DNA of 64,000 bases from an uncultured Candidatus Rokubacteria bacterium (GTDB lineage: Bacteria; Methylomirabilota; Methylomirabilia; Rokubacteriales; DASRDR01): contig CAWGVS010000005.1 of assembly GCA_963826115.1 (NCBI GenBank), forward strand, positions 1,728,001 to 1,792,000, written 5' to 3'. Shown here in pieces: positions 31,731-40,777 of this stretch. The notes beneath the pieces are model-generated. The model worked only from the letters and a program-made list of their open reading frames with translations. It searched no databases and was not told the origin of the DNA. The first letter of the stretch is position 1. The number at the start of each line of letters is the position of its first letter. Both the position numbers and the translations under genes were made by a program.

Positions 31731-32929
31731 CGGGCGCCCGGATCGAGGACTACCGCGACGTCGCGCCGCGCGGCGCGATCGACCTCCTCCTGAAGCTCGC
31801 GGAGCGGCTCCGGGGCCGGCGCTTCGTTCATGTGAACGCCAGCCGGTACGGCAGCGGGTCGTCGGAGATTCTGGCGCGGCTCGTCCCGCTTCTCCAGGAC
31901 CTGGGTGTGGACGCGACCTGGGAGGTGATCGTCGGGGACCCGGCCTTCTACGGGGCGACCCGCGCGCTCGAGACGGCGCTCGGAGGCCAGCCAGCGACCA
32001 TCACCGAGGCCATGCTGGTCTCCTACGTGGAGACGGCCGCGACGAACGCCGCGACGCTCCGTCTCGAGGCGGACCTCGTGATGGTCCACGACCTGCCGGC
32101 CCTGCCCCTCGTCCGGCACCGGCCGGAGCGCGGACGGTGGGCGTGGCGCTGCCATGCCGACCTCTCCCACGCCTGGCGGCGGGCGTGGCACCTCGTGCGC
32201 CGTGACCTCGAGCGCTACGACACGGTCGTGTACTCGATGCCGAAGTTCGCCCAGCGGGTCCGCGTCCCGATGCTGGTGGTCCATCCCTCGATCGACCCGC
32301 TCGGGGAGAAGAACCGGGAGCTCGGGCGAAGCGACGTCCGCGAGGTGCTGACCCGGTTGGCGATCCCGCGGGACAAGCCGCTCCTCGTGCAGATCGCGGC
32401 CTACTCGCGCGCCACTGATCCCAAGCGAGCGCTGGCCGCCTTCCGCCTGGCGCGGAAGTACGTCCCGTCCCGCCTCGTGCTGGCCGGGTGGGGCGCGACC
32501 GACAATCCGGAAGGCAGCGCCGTCCTGGCGGAGCTGCGCGAGGCCGTGGGTCAGGACCCGGACGTCCACGTGCTCGTGATGCCGCCCGACGCGGCGCGGG
32601 AGCTCAACGCGCTCCAGCGCGCGGCAACGGTGGTGCTGCATCTTCCGAGACAGGAAGGCTTCGGCCTGACCGTCGCCGAGGCGATGTGGAAGGGGAAGCC
32701 CGTCGTCGGCAGCGTTGCCGGCGGCATCCCCGCGCAGGTCCTCTCCGAGGTGACCGGCTACACCGTGGGCTCGGTCGAGGGCGCGGCGTTCCGGATCCGC
32801 CAGCTCCTCCAGAGCCCCGACCTCGCCGCGCGCCTGGGCGGCGCCGCGCGCGAGTACGTCCGCCGGAACTTCCTCTTGCCGCGCCACCTCGGCGACTACC
32901 TGGCGCTCCTCGCCCACATGACGGCCTAG
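31727..32929 (+). CDS. TreT-like GT4 glycosyltransferase with degenerate motifs
   Basis: ATGA overlap; HVNA...EIL..LVPL, WRCHADLS, PSIDPL.EKN, EGFGLTVAEAMWKGKPV. Confidence 0.85.
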   Translation: MTGARIEDYRDVAPRGAIDLLLKLAERLRGRRFVHVNASRYGSGSSEILARLVPLLQDLGVDATWEVIVGDPAFYGATRALETALGGQPATITEAMLVSYVETAATNAATLRLEADLVMVHDLPALPLVRHRPERGRWAWRCHADLSHAWRRAWHLVRRDLERYDTVVYSMPKFAQRVRVPMLVVHPSIDPLGEKNRELGRSDVREVLTRLAIPRDKPLLVQIAAYSRATDPKRALAAFRLARKYVPSRLVLAGWGATDNPEGSAVLAELREAVGQDPDVHVLVMPPDAARELNALQRAATVVLHLPRQEGFGLTVAEAMWKGKPVVGSVAGGIPAQVLSEVTGYTVGSVEGAAFRIRQLLQSPDLAARLGGAAREYVRRNFLLPRHLGDYLALLAHMTA

Positions 32930-32938
32930 CAGACGCTC

Positions 32939-34180
32939 GTGGCCGACGGCCTCGCGCTCGAGACCGCGCTCCCCGCCGACGGCATCGCCGCCGTCGAGGC
33001 CCTCGGGCCCGTGGAGGCCCTGGTCGCGGTCACGGGTCTCAACCAGTCGCGGACTGCCCCCGCCGTCGTCGGCGCGGCGGCCGCCGGACTCGGGCGGCTC
33101 GCGGGGCGGAAAGTGGCAGTGCTCTTCGTCGACGGCGGATCCCAGGACGGCACCCTCGAGGCCGTCCACCAGCGAGCGGCGGAGGCTCCGGAAGCGCCGC
33201 TCGCCACCGCGCGCGTGGCCGGCCGCCCCGGACGGGGCCGGGCGGTGGCCGCCGCCCTGGCGGCGGCGCGACACGTCGGCGCGCGCGCGACCGCCGTGGT
33301 CGATGCCGGGCTCGTCAGCCTTGCCCCCGAGTGGGTGGAACCGCTGCTCCGCCCCGCGCTCGACGGCGAGGCCGACTATGTCTCGCCCGTGTACCGGCGG
33401 GCGCTCACCGAGGGGACGCTGACGACGAACCTCCTCGCCCCGTTGGTGCGATCCCTCTTCGGCCGGCGTCTCGAGGAGGTGCTCGGGGGCTGCGCCGCGG
33501 TGTCGGCGGCGCTGCTCGAGGCGCTCCCACCGGCTGAGGCGTGGGACGACGAGCCGACGGGCCAGGGCACGGAGATGCGGCTCCTCGGCGAAGCCCTGGC
33601 GGGTCCGCGGATCCTCGTCGAGGTCCAGCTCGGCCGGAAGCAGCTCGACCCCGGGGCCGCGCCGTCCGATCTCGCCCACACCGTGAGCGACGCGGTGGGC
33701 GCGCTGTTCCGGCTCATGGAGCGACACGAGGACCAGTGGCAGGACGTGCGCGGGAGCCGGCCCGTCCCGCGTCGCGGCCAGGCCGAGGCGGCCCCGCCAA
33801 GCCCCGGCGATCTCAGGCCCGACCGGATGGTCCGGGCGTTCCACCTCGGCCTCAAGGACCTCCTCCCGCTGTGGGAGCAGTCCCTGACCGAGGAGACGCT
33901 CTCGCAGCTATACCCGCTCGGGCTCCTCGAGCCCGACGACTTTCGATTCCCGCCGCTCCTGTGGGCGCGCGTGGTCGGCGAGTTTGCCGTGGCCCACCAC
34001 GAGCGTCGGCTTCCGCGGGACCACCTCCTGCGGGCGCTGACGCCGCTCTATCTCGGGCGGGTCGCGGCATTCGTGCTCGAAACCCGGGCCGGATCCTCGC
34101 GCGAGAGCGCCGACGCGCTCGAGCGTGTGAGCCTGGCCTTCGAGGCCGAGAAGTCCACCCTCTCGGCCCGATGGAGGTAG
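32939..34180 (+). CDS. GT2/GT-A glycosyltransferase homolog (glucosylglycerate synthase-like) with degenerate motifs
   Basis: VDGGSQDGT, GRGRAV, PEWVEPLLRP..DYVSPVY, LTPLYLGRVAAF, AFEAEK. Confidence 0.75.
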   Translation: MADGLALETALPADGIAAVEALGPVEALVAVTGLNQSRTAPAVVGAAAAGLGRLAGRKVAVLFVDGGSQDGTLEAVHQRAAEAPEAPLATARVAGRPGRGRAVAAALAAARHVGARATAVVDAGLVSLAPEWVEPLLRPALDGEADYVSPVYRRALTEGTLTTNLLAPLVRSLFGRRLEEVLGGCAAVSAALLEALPPAEAWDDEPTGQGTEMRLLGEALAGPRILVEVQLGRKQLDPGAAPSDLAHTVSDAVGALFRLMERHEDQWQDVRGSRPVPRRGQAEAAPPSPGDLRPDRMVRAFHLGLKDLLPLWEQSLTEETLSQLYPLGLLEPDDFRFPPLLWARVVGEFAVAHHERRLPRDHLLRALTPLYLGRVAAFVLETRAGSSRESADALERVSLAFEAEKSTLSARWR

Positions 34181-34182
34181 CG

Positions 34183-34887
34183 ATGCAACAGCAATGGAGC
34201 AACATCGTCCTCGACGCGATGCGGGACGTGGCTCACCGGATCCTGCTCGTGACGCCGCGGCTCCTGGCCGCGGTCACGTTGGTCCTCCTGGGGTGGGTCG
34301 TGGCCGCGCTGGTGCGGCGGCTCACCGCCCGCATCCTGGCCGCCGCCGACCTCGACGTGCGCTGCGCGCGCTGGGGGCTGACCGGCGTGCTCGGTCGCGG
34401 CGGGCACCGGCCCTCGCCGACCGAGATCCTCTCCCGGCTGGCATACTGGGCCATATTCCTGGTCGGGCTCCTGATGGCCGTGGAGGCCCTGGAGATGCCG
34501 GGGACCCGCGGCGCCCTCGCGGCCCTCCTCGCGTTCCTGCCGCACGTCCTGGTGGCGGTCCTGGTCGTGACGGGCGGATGGGTCCTGGCCCAGTTCCTCG
34601 CTCAGGCTGCCCTGATCGCCGCGGTGAACGCCCAGGTGGCGGGCGCGTCGCTCCTGGCCGCGACGGTCCGCTGGCTCGTCCTGATCGTGGCCGCCGCCGT
34701 GGCCCTGACGGAGGTCGGCGTCGCGCGGGAGATGGTCTTGCTCGTGTTCGGGATCGCCTTCGGCGGCGCGGTCCTGGCACTGTCGCTCGCGTTCGGGCTG
34801 GGCGCCCGCGAGCTGGCGCGGCAGGCTCTCGAGAGCTATCTCACCCGGGCGCGCCAGGACCCGGGCAACCCCGTCTCGCACGTCTGA
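34183..34887 (+). CDS. MscS/CmpX-like TM-helix repeat membrane protein
   Basis: GGAGG RBS; two PxL/V.A..V..GW repeats; LSLAFGLGARE C-terminal motif. Confidence 0.78.
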   Translation: MQQQWSNIVLDAMRDVAHRILLVTPRLLAAVTLVLLGWVVAALVRRLTARILAAADLDVRCARWGLTGVLGRGGHRPSPTEILSRLAYWAIFLVGLLMAVEALEMPGTRGALAALLAFLPHVLVAVLVVTGGWVLAQFLAQAALIAAVNAQVAGASLLAATVRWLVLIVAAAVALTEVGVAREMVLLVFGIAFGGAVLALSLAFGLGARELARQALESYLTRARQDPGNPVSHV

Positions 34888-34940
34888 CGCATGGGCGGCT
34901 CGACGGCCGAGAGGGTCGACCGCCCGTGCTTCGGAGACTT

Positions 34941-35630
34941 CTACGCCATCCGGGCAATGAGACGCGCGGCGGCGCCGACGTCCGTGGCCTTCGGGCAGTC
35001 GTCGACGGCCCAGGCGCCGACCGGATCGAGGAGGATCGCTCGAACCCCCGCCGCTCGAGCTCCGAGAACGTCGACCGAGTAGAGGTCGCCCACGTGGACG
35101 GCCTCGCCCGGCTTCACCCCCAGGAGGTCGGCCGCGTGGCGGAAGATCCGCGGGTCGGGCTTCTCGAAGCCGACGACGGCCGAGTCCACCACGGCGTCGA
35201 CCCGGCGCGCGAGGTCGAGCGCCTCGAGGATGCGCGCCACCGTGCCGTTCGAGTTCGACACCACGGCCAGCCTGAGGCCGAGCTCTCGCAGCGCGTCCAG
35301 GGCACCCGGCGCCTCCGGCAGGCAGACCGACCAGAGGCCGAGCGGCGGATTGGCGGCGCGGAGGGCGGCCACCACTCGCTCACCGCCGTCGCTCCAGAGG
35401 ATGCCGAGCTCCGCCAGCATGTACCCGACGTAGCGGGCGAAGACGTCCGCGGTCTCCGTCGAGCGGGCGGCGAGATCGGGATCGAGCCGGACCCGGGCCC
35501 GCACCTCCGCCAGGCCCACGGCGGGCGCCGCTACCGGGCGACAGGCCTCCCCGATACAGCGGGCGATGGTGTCGTAGTCGAGCCCGACGAGGGTGTTCCC
35601 CGCGTCCAGGAAGACCGCGCGGAGCGGCAT
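34941..35630 (-). CDS. HAD-IA family hydrolase
   Basis: FLDAGNTL, VVSN, EKPDPRIF, HVGD..VD. Confidence 0.88.
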   Translation of the reverse strand: MPLRAVFLDAGNTLVGLDYDTIARCIGEACRPVAAPAVGLAEVRARVRLDPDLAARSTETADVFARYVGYMLAELGILWSDGGERVVAALRAANPPLGLWSVCLPEAPGALDALRELGLRLAVVSNSNGTVARILEALDLARRVDAVVDSAVVGFEKPDPRIFRHAADLLGVKPGEAVHVGDLYSVDVLGARAAGVRAILLDPVGAWAVDDCPKATDVGAAARLIARMA

Positions 35631-35631
35631 C

Positions 35632-36246
35632 CTACTTCTTGACCCAGTCACCTCGATCGGTCTGGATCCACTGGCCCCCCGCCGCCCGATCGCGGTAGGC
35701 CTTGGCGAACGACGCCTTCACGCGACCGACCTCCGACGGCGCCATCTTGTTCTGGCGCATGAAGGTCTCGACGATGGCCTGACGGTCGGCGTTCTCCGCG
35801 CCGATCAGACCGGCCACCTCGCCGGTGCAGCCCTGTCCGGGACGGGTCTCGACGAAGCCCTGGTTGTTCTCGCCCACGCAGCCGCGCGTCTGCCATTGCT
35901 GGAGGGCGCCCAGGCGCCGGTTCTGCGACTCGGCCAGGCGGCGGAGCTCCTCGCTGTCCGTCCTGGGCGCCTGGGCGACGACGAGACGCTCTTCGGCCCC
36001 GGCCTCCCGGGGCCCGAAAGGCGCGAGCCAGCGGTCGAGGCTCGAGCCCGGTTTCGGCGCCGTGCCTGCCGCGGGTGGCGTTTCGCGTGACCCGCCGGGC
36101 GGCCGGCGGCTCATGTCGACTATCTGGCTCGCCGCGTCGTCGAGCTTCTCCTGCGGGAAGGTGATGTTCACGGTCACCGGGACGCAGGCGGCGAGCCCCA
36201 CCGCCAGCGCGAAGGCGCCCGCGCGGCGCCCGAGGCCGGCGATCAT
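35632..36246 (-). CDS. YdbL/DUF1318-domain lipoprotein, paralog 2
   Basis: Lipobox LAAC, VPVTVNITFP; GCVGENNQG, AENADR, GQWIQ..G.WVKK. Confidence 0.8.
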   Translation of the reverse strand: MIAGLGRRAGAFALAVGLAACVPVTVNITFPQEKLDDAASQIVDMSRRPPGGSRETPPAAGTAPKPGSSLDRWLAPFGPREAGAEERLVVAQAPRTDSEELRRLAESQNRRLGALQQWQTRGCVGENNQGFVETRPGQGCTGEVAGLIGAENADRQAIVETFMRQNKMAPSEVGRVKASFAKAYRDRAAGGQWIQTDRGDWVKK

Positions 36247-36281
36247 TCCGTGGTTCGCGCGCCGTCTCCGAACGACGCCGG

Positions 36282-36842
36282 TCACGACTTCCTCACCCAC
36301 TGGCCGCCCTCGAGCTGGATCCAGTCGTTCGGGCGCGATCGCTCCTGACGGGCCTTCGCGAAGGCGCTGCGCACCCGCGGGGTATCGGAGGTCGGGATGT
36401 TGTTGTCCTTCATGAACGCGCTGTAGATGATCTGCCGGTCCGCATTCTCGGCACGGATCAGCTCGGCGACCTCGGGGCCGCATCCCTCGCCCGGCCGCGC
36501 CACCAGGAGTCCCTGGTTCGTCTCGCCCATGCACCCCTTGCTCTTCCACTCGCGGAGGTCGGATCGGCGGGCGCGTCGATTGTCGGTCGCCTTCGCGACC
36601 TCGGGCGTCTTCGCGTCGATGCTGGGCGTGGCCGCCACGTCGACGCGGTTCCCCGACGGCCGAGACGCGGGCGGCGGAGCGGACGCGCCAGCAGGCTGGG
36701 CCGGCAGCTCCTCGATGTGCCGCGCGGCGGTGTCGAGCTTGTCCTGAGGAAAGGTGACGTTCACCGTCACCGGAACGCACGCCGCCAGGGCAAACGTCAG
36801 CGTCGTGGCGGCCACCGCGCGAGCCCCTCGCCTCCAGATCAT
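36282..36842 (-). CDS. YdbL/DUF1318-domain lipoprotein, paralog 1
   Basis: Lipobox LAAC, VPVTVNVTFP; GCMGETNQG, AENADRQIIY, DWIQ..GQWVRK. Confidence 0.8.
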   Translation of the reverse strand: MIWRRGARAVAATTLTFALAACVPVTVNVTFPQDKLDTAARHIEELPAQPAGASAPPPASRPSGNRVDVAATPSIDAKTPEVAKATDNRRARRSDLREWKSKGCMGETNQGLLVARPGEGCGPEVAELIRAENADRQIIYSAFMKDNNIPTSDTPRVRSAFAKARQERSRPNDWIQLEGGQWVRKS

Positions 36843-36880
36843 CGTCCGCTCCCCTCTCCGGTCGTTCCGCGCCCGCGCTC

Positions 36881-39466
36881 TCACAGGCCCGGGAACTGCT
36901 TGGCCAGGAATGCGATCGGCATGTCGATCACGTTGATCGCCTTGACGCGGGGCGGGAAGATGCCGAGGAACTCCCGCCCCTTGAGGCTCAGGCTCACGTG
37001 GATCCCGCCGTTCGGCGTGTTCACGCTCGCCTCCGCCGACTTGAACTCGAACTCGCGGAGGTTGCCGAGGGCGGTCTTGACGACGCCGGTCGGATCCGCC
37101 GCGGACCACGCGAGGAGGCGATCGAGCAGCTCGATCGTCACCGTCCCGCCCTCGGGCACCAAGAGCCGGCCGTCCGCGGCGATCCGGCCTTCGCCGTAGC
37201 GCACGTCCAGATCGTACCGCAGGAGACCCGTCATCGTGCCGCCGTGGATCCCGTACGCCGCGATGAACTCGTCGATGCGCACGCCCTCGCCGGCGACCTT
37301 GGCCTGTGCGGTCAGGCCGTTGGTGAAATCGAGGTCGACCGTGCCCCAACCCTTGCCGGAGTAGAGGGCGTAGCGGAGGTCGGTCAGCGATACCCGCTGG
37401 TCGACCGCTCGCGCGCGCGCCGTGACGTCGTAGAGCACGACGCCGTACCCGATGACCTCCCCCACCTTCAGGCTCCCGTCCACAGGGACGCCCACCCACG
37501 GGGCCGCGCCGCCCTGGAGCACCGGCACGTCGGCCGAGAGGTCGCGGAGGCTCAGCCGGCCGTCCAGCATCTCCACCGTGGGCGCCTCGAGGCTCAGCCG
37601 GCCCTGGTAGGCCGAGAACGTCATGTCTGGTGACTCGAGCTCCAGGGTGGCCGATCCGGTAACCTGCCGCGTGACCGACGGCCAGAGCGTGGAGAGGCGC
37701 TCCAGCGCCGGAATCCGCGCCGTCAGCCGGACGGGATCCCTGGATCCGGCAGCCGGCGCTCCGAGGTCAGCCTGGAGCACTTCCCGACGCTGGGCGTCGC
37801 GCGCCACGAAGGTGGCCCGCGTGAGGCGGGGGCCGCCGGCGTCGCGCACCAGGTCGGCGGAGCCCTCGAGGCGCTCGAGCGTTCCGTCGAAGAAGGACAG
37901 CGCTCCCCGCACGCGCTCGACCTCGTACCCCACGGTCACGCTGCCCGACCGGGCCGTCGCCTGCACGCGCGCGCTCTGGACGGTGGCCTCGCCCGCGGGC
38001 TGGCGGAGCGCGAGGTCGCGGATCTCGGCCTCGACCTTGCCGTCGCTCCAGGCCCGGGCGTCCAGGCCGGTCACGACGACGCGGGCGCCGCCGGCGCGAA
38101 GCTGATCCGACGGTCCGAGCCAGTCCCCGCCGAAATGCCGGGCGAGCGGGTCGAGGCGCCCGCCGCTCGTTTCGAGCCGGGCGTCGACGCGCGCCCGCGG
38201 AACGTCGTACGCCACGGTGCCACGGAGCGGAGTCCCGAGCGCCTGGGCCGTGAGGCCGGTCAGCTCGAGGCGCGTCGGGCGTCCGCTCGCGTCCAGGTCG
38301 ATGCGGAACGGAGTGGCCACCGGCGCGAGCGGCAGCCCGGCAACCTCCACCCGCTCGCCGCGAAGCTCTCCGCGCGCCGACGCGCCGTCCGGCCGTGGCT
38401 CCAGCGCGACCTTCGCCTCGACGTTGCGGGCCAGCACGTCCGACCCGACGGCGGAGGCCGGGAGCGTCGCGTCGAGCACGCGAAGGGTGACGCGCGCCTC
38501 CGGCCATCCGCCGCGCTCGGGCATCCAGGTGACCTCGCCGTCGGCGAGCTCCGCGCGTCCCTTCACGGGGCCCGCCAGCCCCGCGAGCGCCCACGCGAGC
38601 GCGAGGTCCGCCGTGCCGCGCATCTCGCCAAGACGCAGCCGCTTGTCCTGGAATGAGAGCGTGCTCTCGAACGCCACCGCGTCCCCGAGGCGCGCGCTCA
38701 ATCGGCCGGCGGCGCGGTCGCCCGGGGAGAGGCCGAGCTGCGCCCGGAGGTCGAGCGGCGACGTCCGCGCGGCCTCCACGAGCGTGCCCGGGAGCCAGGG
38801 GGACAGCGCCGCCATGTCGCCCTTGCCCTCGAGATCCAGGCGGACGGTGTCGCCGTCGGCCCGCGCCGAGAGCCCTAGGGTCATCCGGGCGCGCGTCGCG
38901 TCGCGCAGCAGGATCTCCCCGCGTGCGTCGCCGCTGCCCTTGTGGAGGGTCGCGTCGAACGTCAGATCCTCGGGCGTCGCCCCGGGCGTCTTGACGACGC
39001 CCCCCGCGATGGCGATGTCGAGCAGCGCGCCGCTCGCGAGGAAGCTGGCCAGCCCCTGCCGGAGCCCCTCCAGCGCCGCGGCGCCCGCCGCGCCACCGCC
39101 GCCCGCGACGATCGTCGGGCGGGTCACCAGCAACCTGACGGGCGCCGGGTCCCCCTTCGCGGCGGACAGGAGCGGGCCGGAGGCCTCGACGGCGTCCGCC
39201 TTCATCTCGGCCGGCCAGCCGAGAGCCGCCGGCAGCCGGACACCGCGGAGGACGACCCGCGACGGCCCGAAGTCGCTGACCCGATCGATCTCCACGCCTC
39301 GCCCGAGAGCCTGGCTGAGCGCCGCGGCGAGGATCCGCGCCGAGCGCCGCTGGTCGGCGAGGACCAGGTAGCCGACGACCGCCACCACGGCGAGGGTCAG
39401 GAGGACCCCGGCGGCGAAGGCCACCACGACCCGGTGGCGCCCGACCCAATCCCGCAACACGCCCAT
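36881..39466 (-). CDS. AsmA-like / YdbH-like envelope-spanning protein
   Basis: N-terminal TM anchor, long amphipathic beta-rich body, C-terminal ALGNLREFEF...LSLKG...INV; directly upstream of the DUF1318 genes. Confidence 0.7.
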   Translation of the reverse strand: MGVLRDWVGRHRVVVAFAAGVLLTLAVVAVVGYLVLADQRRSARILAAALSQALGRGVEIDRVSDFGPSRVVLRGVRLPAALGWPAEMKADAVEASGPLLSAAKGDPAPVRLLVTRPTIVAGGGGAAGAAALEGLRQGLASFLASGALLDIAIAGGVVKTPGATPEDLTFDATLHKGSGDARGEILLRDATRARMTLGLSARADGDTVRLDLEGKGDMAALSPWLPGTLVEAARTSPLDLRAQLGLSPGDRAAGRLSARLGDAVAFESTLSFQDKRLRLGEMRGTADLALAWALAGLAGPVKGRAELADGEVTWMPERGGWPEARVTLRVLDATLPASAVGSDVLARNVEAKVALEPRPDGASARGELRGERVEVAGLPLAPVATPFRIDLDASGRPTRLELTGLTAQALGTPLRGTVAYDVPRARVDARLETSGGRLDPLARHFGGDWLGPSDQLRAGGARVVVTGLDARAWSDGKVEAEIRDLALRQPAGEATVQSARVQATARSGSVTVGYEVERVRGALSFFDGTLERLEGSADLVRDAGGPRLTRATFVARDAQRREVLQADLGAPAAGSRDPVRLTARIPALERLSTLWPSVTRQVTGSATLELESPDMTFSAYQGRLSLEAPTVEMLDGRLSLRDLSADVPVLQGGAAPWVGVPVDGSLKVGEVIGYGVVLYDVTARARAVDQRVSLTDLRYALYSGKGWGTVDLDFTNGLTAQAKVAGEGVRIDEFIAAYGIHGGTMTGLLRYDLDVRYGEGRIAADGRLLVPEGGTVTIELLDRLLAWSAADPTGVVKTALGNLREFEFKSAEASVNTPNGGIHVSLSLKGREFLGIFPPRVKAINVIDMPIAFLAKQFPGL

Positions 39467-39509
39467 GGCGGTCAGACGGCCGCGAGCGCGCCGGTAATCG
39501 CGCCCACGC

Positions 39510-40679
39510 TCAGTAGGATTTGGGCAGGCCGAGCACCCGCTCGGCCAGGTAGTTGAGCGCCATCTGCTGGGAGACGGGGGCGATCTTGTAGAGCCGCACC
39601 TCCCGCCAGAGGCGCTCGACGTCGAACTCCTTCGCGTAGCCGAAGCCGCCGAACGTCTGGAGCGCCGCGTCCGCCGCCTCGAAGCCGGCCTCCGCGGCCA
39701 GGACCTTGGCCGCGTTCGCCTCCGTGCCGCAGGGCTCGCCCCGATCGAAGAGCCAGGCGGCCCGGAGCGTGAGCTGCCAGGCGCCCTCGAGGCGCGCCCA
39801 CGCGAGCGCGAGCGGGTGCGCCACCGCCTGGTTCTGTCCGATGGGCCGGCCGAACACGATCCGCTCCCTCGCGTACGCGGCAGCGCGCTCCAGCGCGACG
39901 CGCCCGATCCCGATCGCCTCGCCGGCCACCAGGGCGCGCTCGGGGTTGAGCGAGTCCAGGAGGTGATAGAAGCCCCGCCCCACCTCGCCCACCACGTCCT
40001 CGTCCGCCACCCGGAGTCCGTCGATGATGACCTCGTTCGAGTCGACCGCCGCCCGGCCGAGCTTCTCGATCTCGCGGATCTCGACGGTGGCGGGATCGAG
40101 GTCCGCGACGAAGAGCGTCAATCCGTCGAGCTTCCTCGGGCCCACGGCGTCGTACGGCGTGGTCCGCGCCAGCAGGAGCATCTTGGCCGAGTGCCGCGCG
40201 TTGGACGTCCAGACCTTGCGCCCGCTCACGACCCAGCCCGCGCCGTCCCGGCGGGCGAGCGTCCGGATGCGGCTCGTGTCGCTCCCCGCGTCCGGCTCGG
40301 TGACGCCGAAGGCGAGGCTCAGCCGTCCCGCGGCGATCTCCGGCAGGATGCGTCGCCGCAGGTCCTCGCTACCGTGCCGGACGATGGGCATCGGCGGGAA
40401 CACGGCAAAGTGGACCGGGGACGCGCCCGACAGGCCCGCGCCGGAGGCGCAGATTGCCTCGAGCATGAGGACCGCCTCGGTCACGCCCAGGCCCGCGCCC
40501 CCGTACGCCTCGGGGATCGTGAGCCCGAGCCACCCCGCCTCGGCGAACGCCTGCACGAACTCGAGCGGATACTCCGCCTTCCGGTCCTTCTCCCGCCAGT
40601 ATTCCCAGCCGAAGCTTCGGGCCAGCGCCGACACCTGCCGGCGGATCTCGGCCTGGGGCTCGGAAAGGGCAAAGTCCAT
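39510..40679 (-). CDS. Acyl-CoA dehydrogenase
   Basis: FGVTEPDAGSD, GRKVWTS, RIVFGRPIGQNQ, FGGFGYAKE. Confidence 0.93.
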   Translation of the reverse strand: MDFALSEPQAEIRRQVSALARSFGWEYWREKDRKAEYPLEFVQAFAEAGWLGLTIPEAYGGAGLGVTEAVLMLEAICASGAGLSGASPVHFAVFPPMPIVRHGSEDLRRRILPEIAAGRLSLAFGVTEPDAGSDTSRIRTLARRDGAGWVVSGRKVWTSNARHSAKMLLLARTTPYDAVGPRKLDGLTLFVADLDPATVEIREIEKLGRAAVDSNEVIIDGLRVADEDVVGEVGRGFYHLLDSLNPERALVAGEAIGIGRVALERAAAYARERIVFGRPIGQNQAVAHPLALAWARLEGAWQLTLRAAWLFDRGEPCGTEANAAKVLAAEAGFEAADAALQTFGGFGYAKEFDVERLWREVRLYKIAPVSQQMALNYLAERVLGLPKSY

Positions 40680-40741
40680 CAGGGGTTCCCTGCGTTCAGT
40701 ATAGCCGGGCGCCCCGCGAGGCCATGCGAGAGTCCGCGCGT

Positions 40742-40771
40742 TTGACACGTCCGCCGCGGGTCCCGTAGGCT
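40742..40771 (+). promoter_or_regulatory. Sigma70-type promoter, probably leaderless
   Basis: TTGACA-N18-TAGGCT, 6 nt before ATG 40778. Confidence 0.6.
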
Positions 40772-40777
40772 CGGAGC

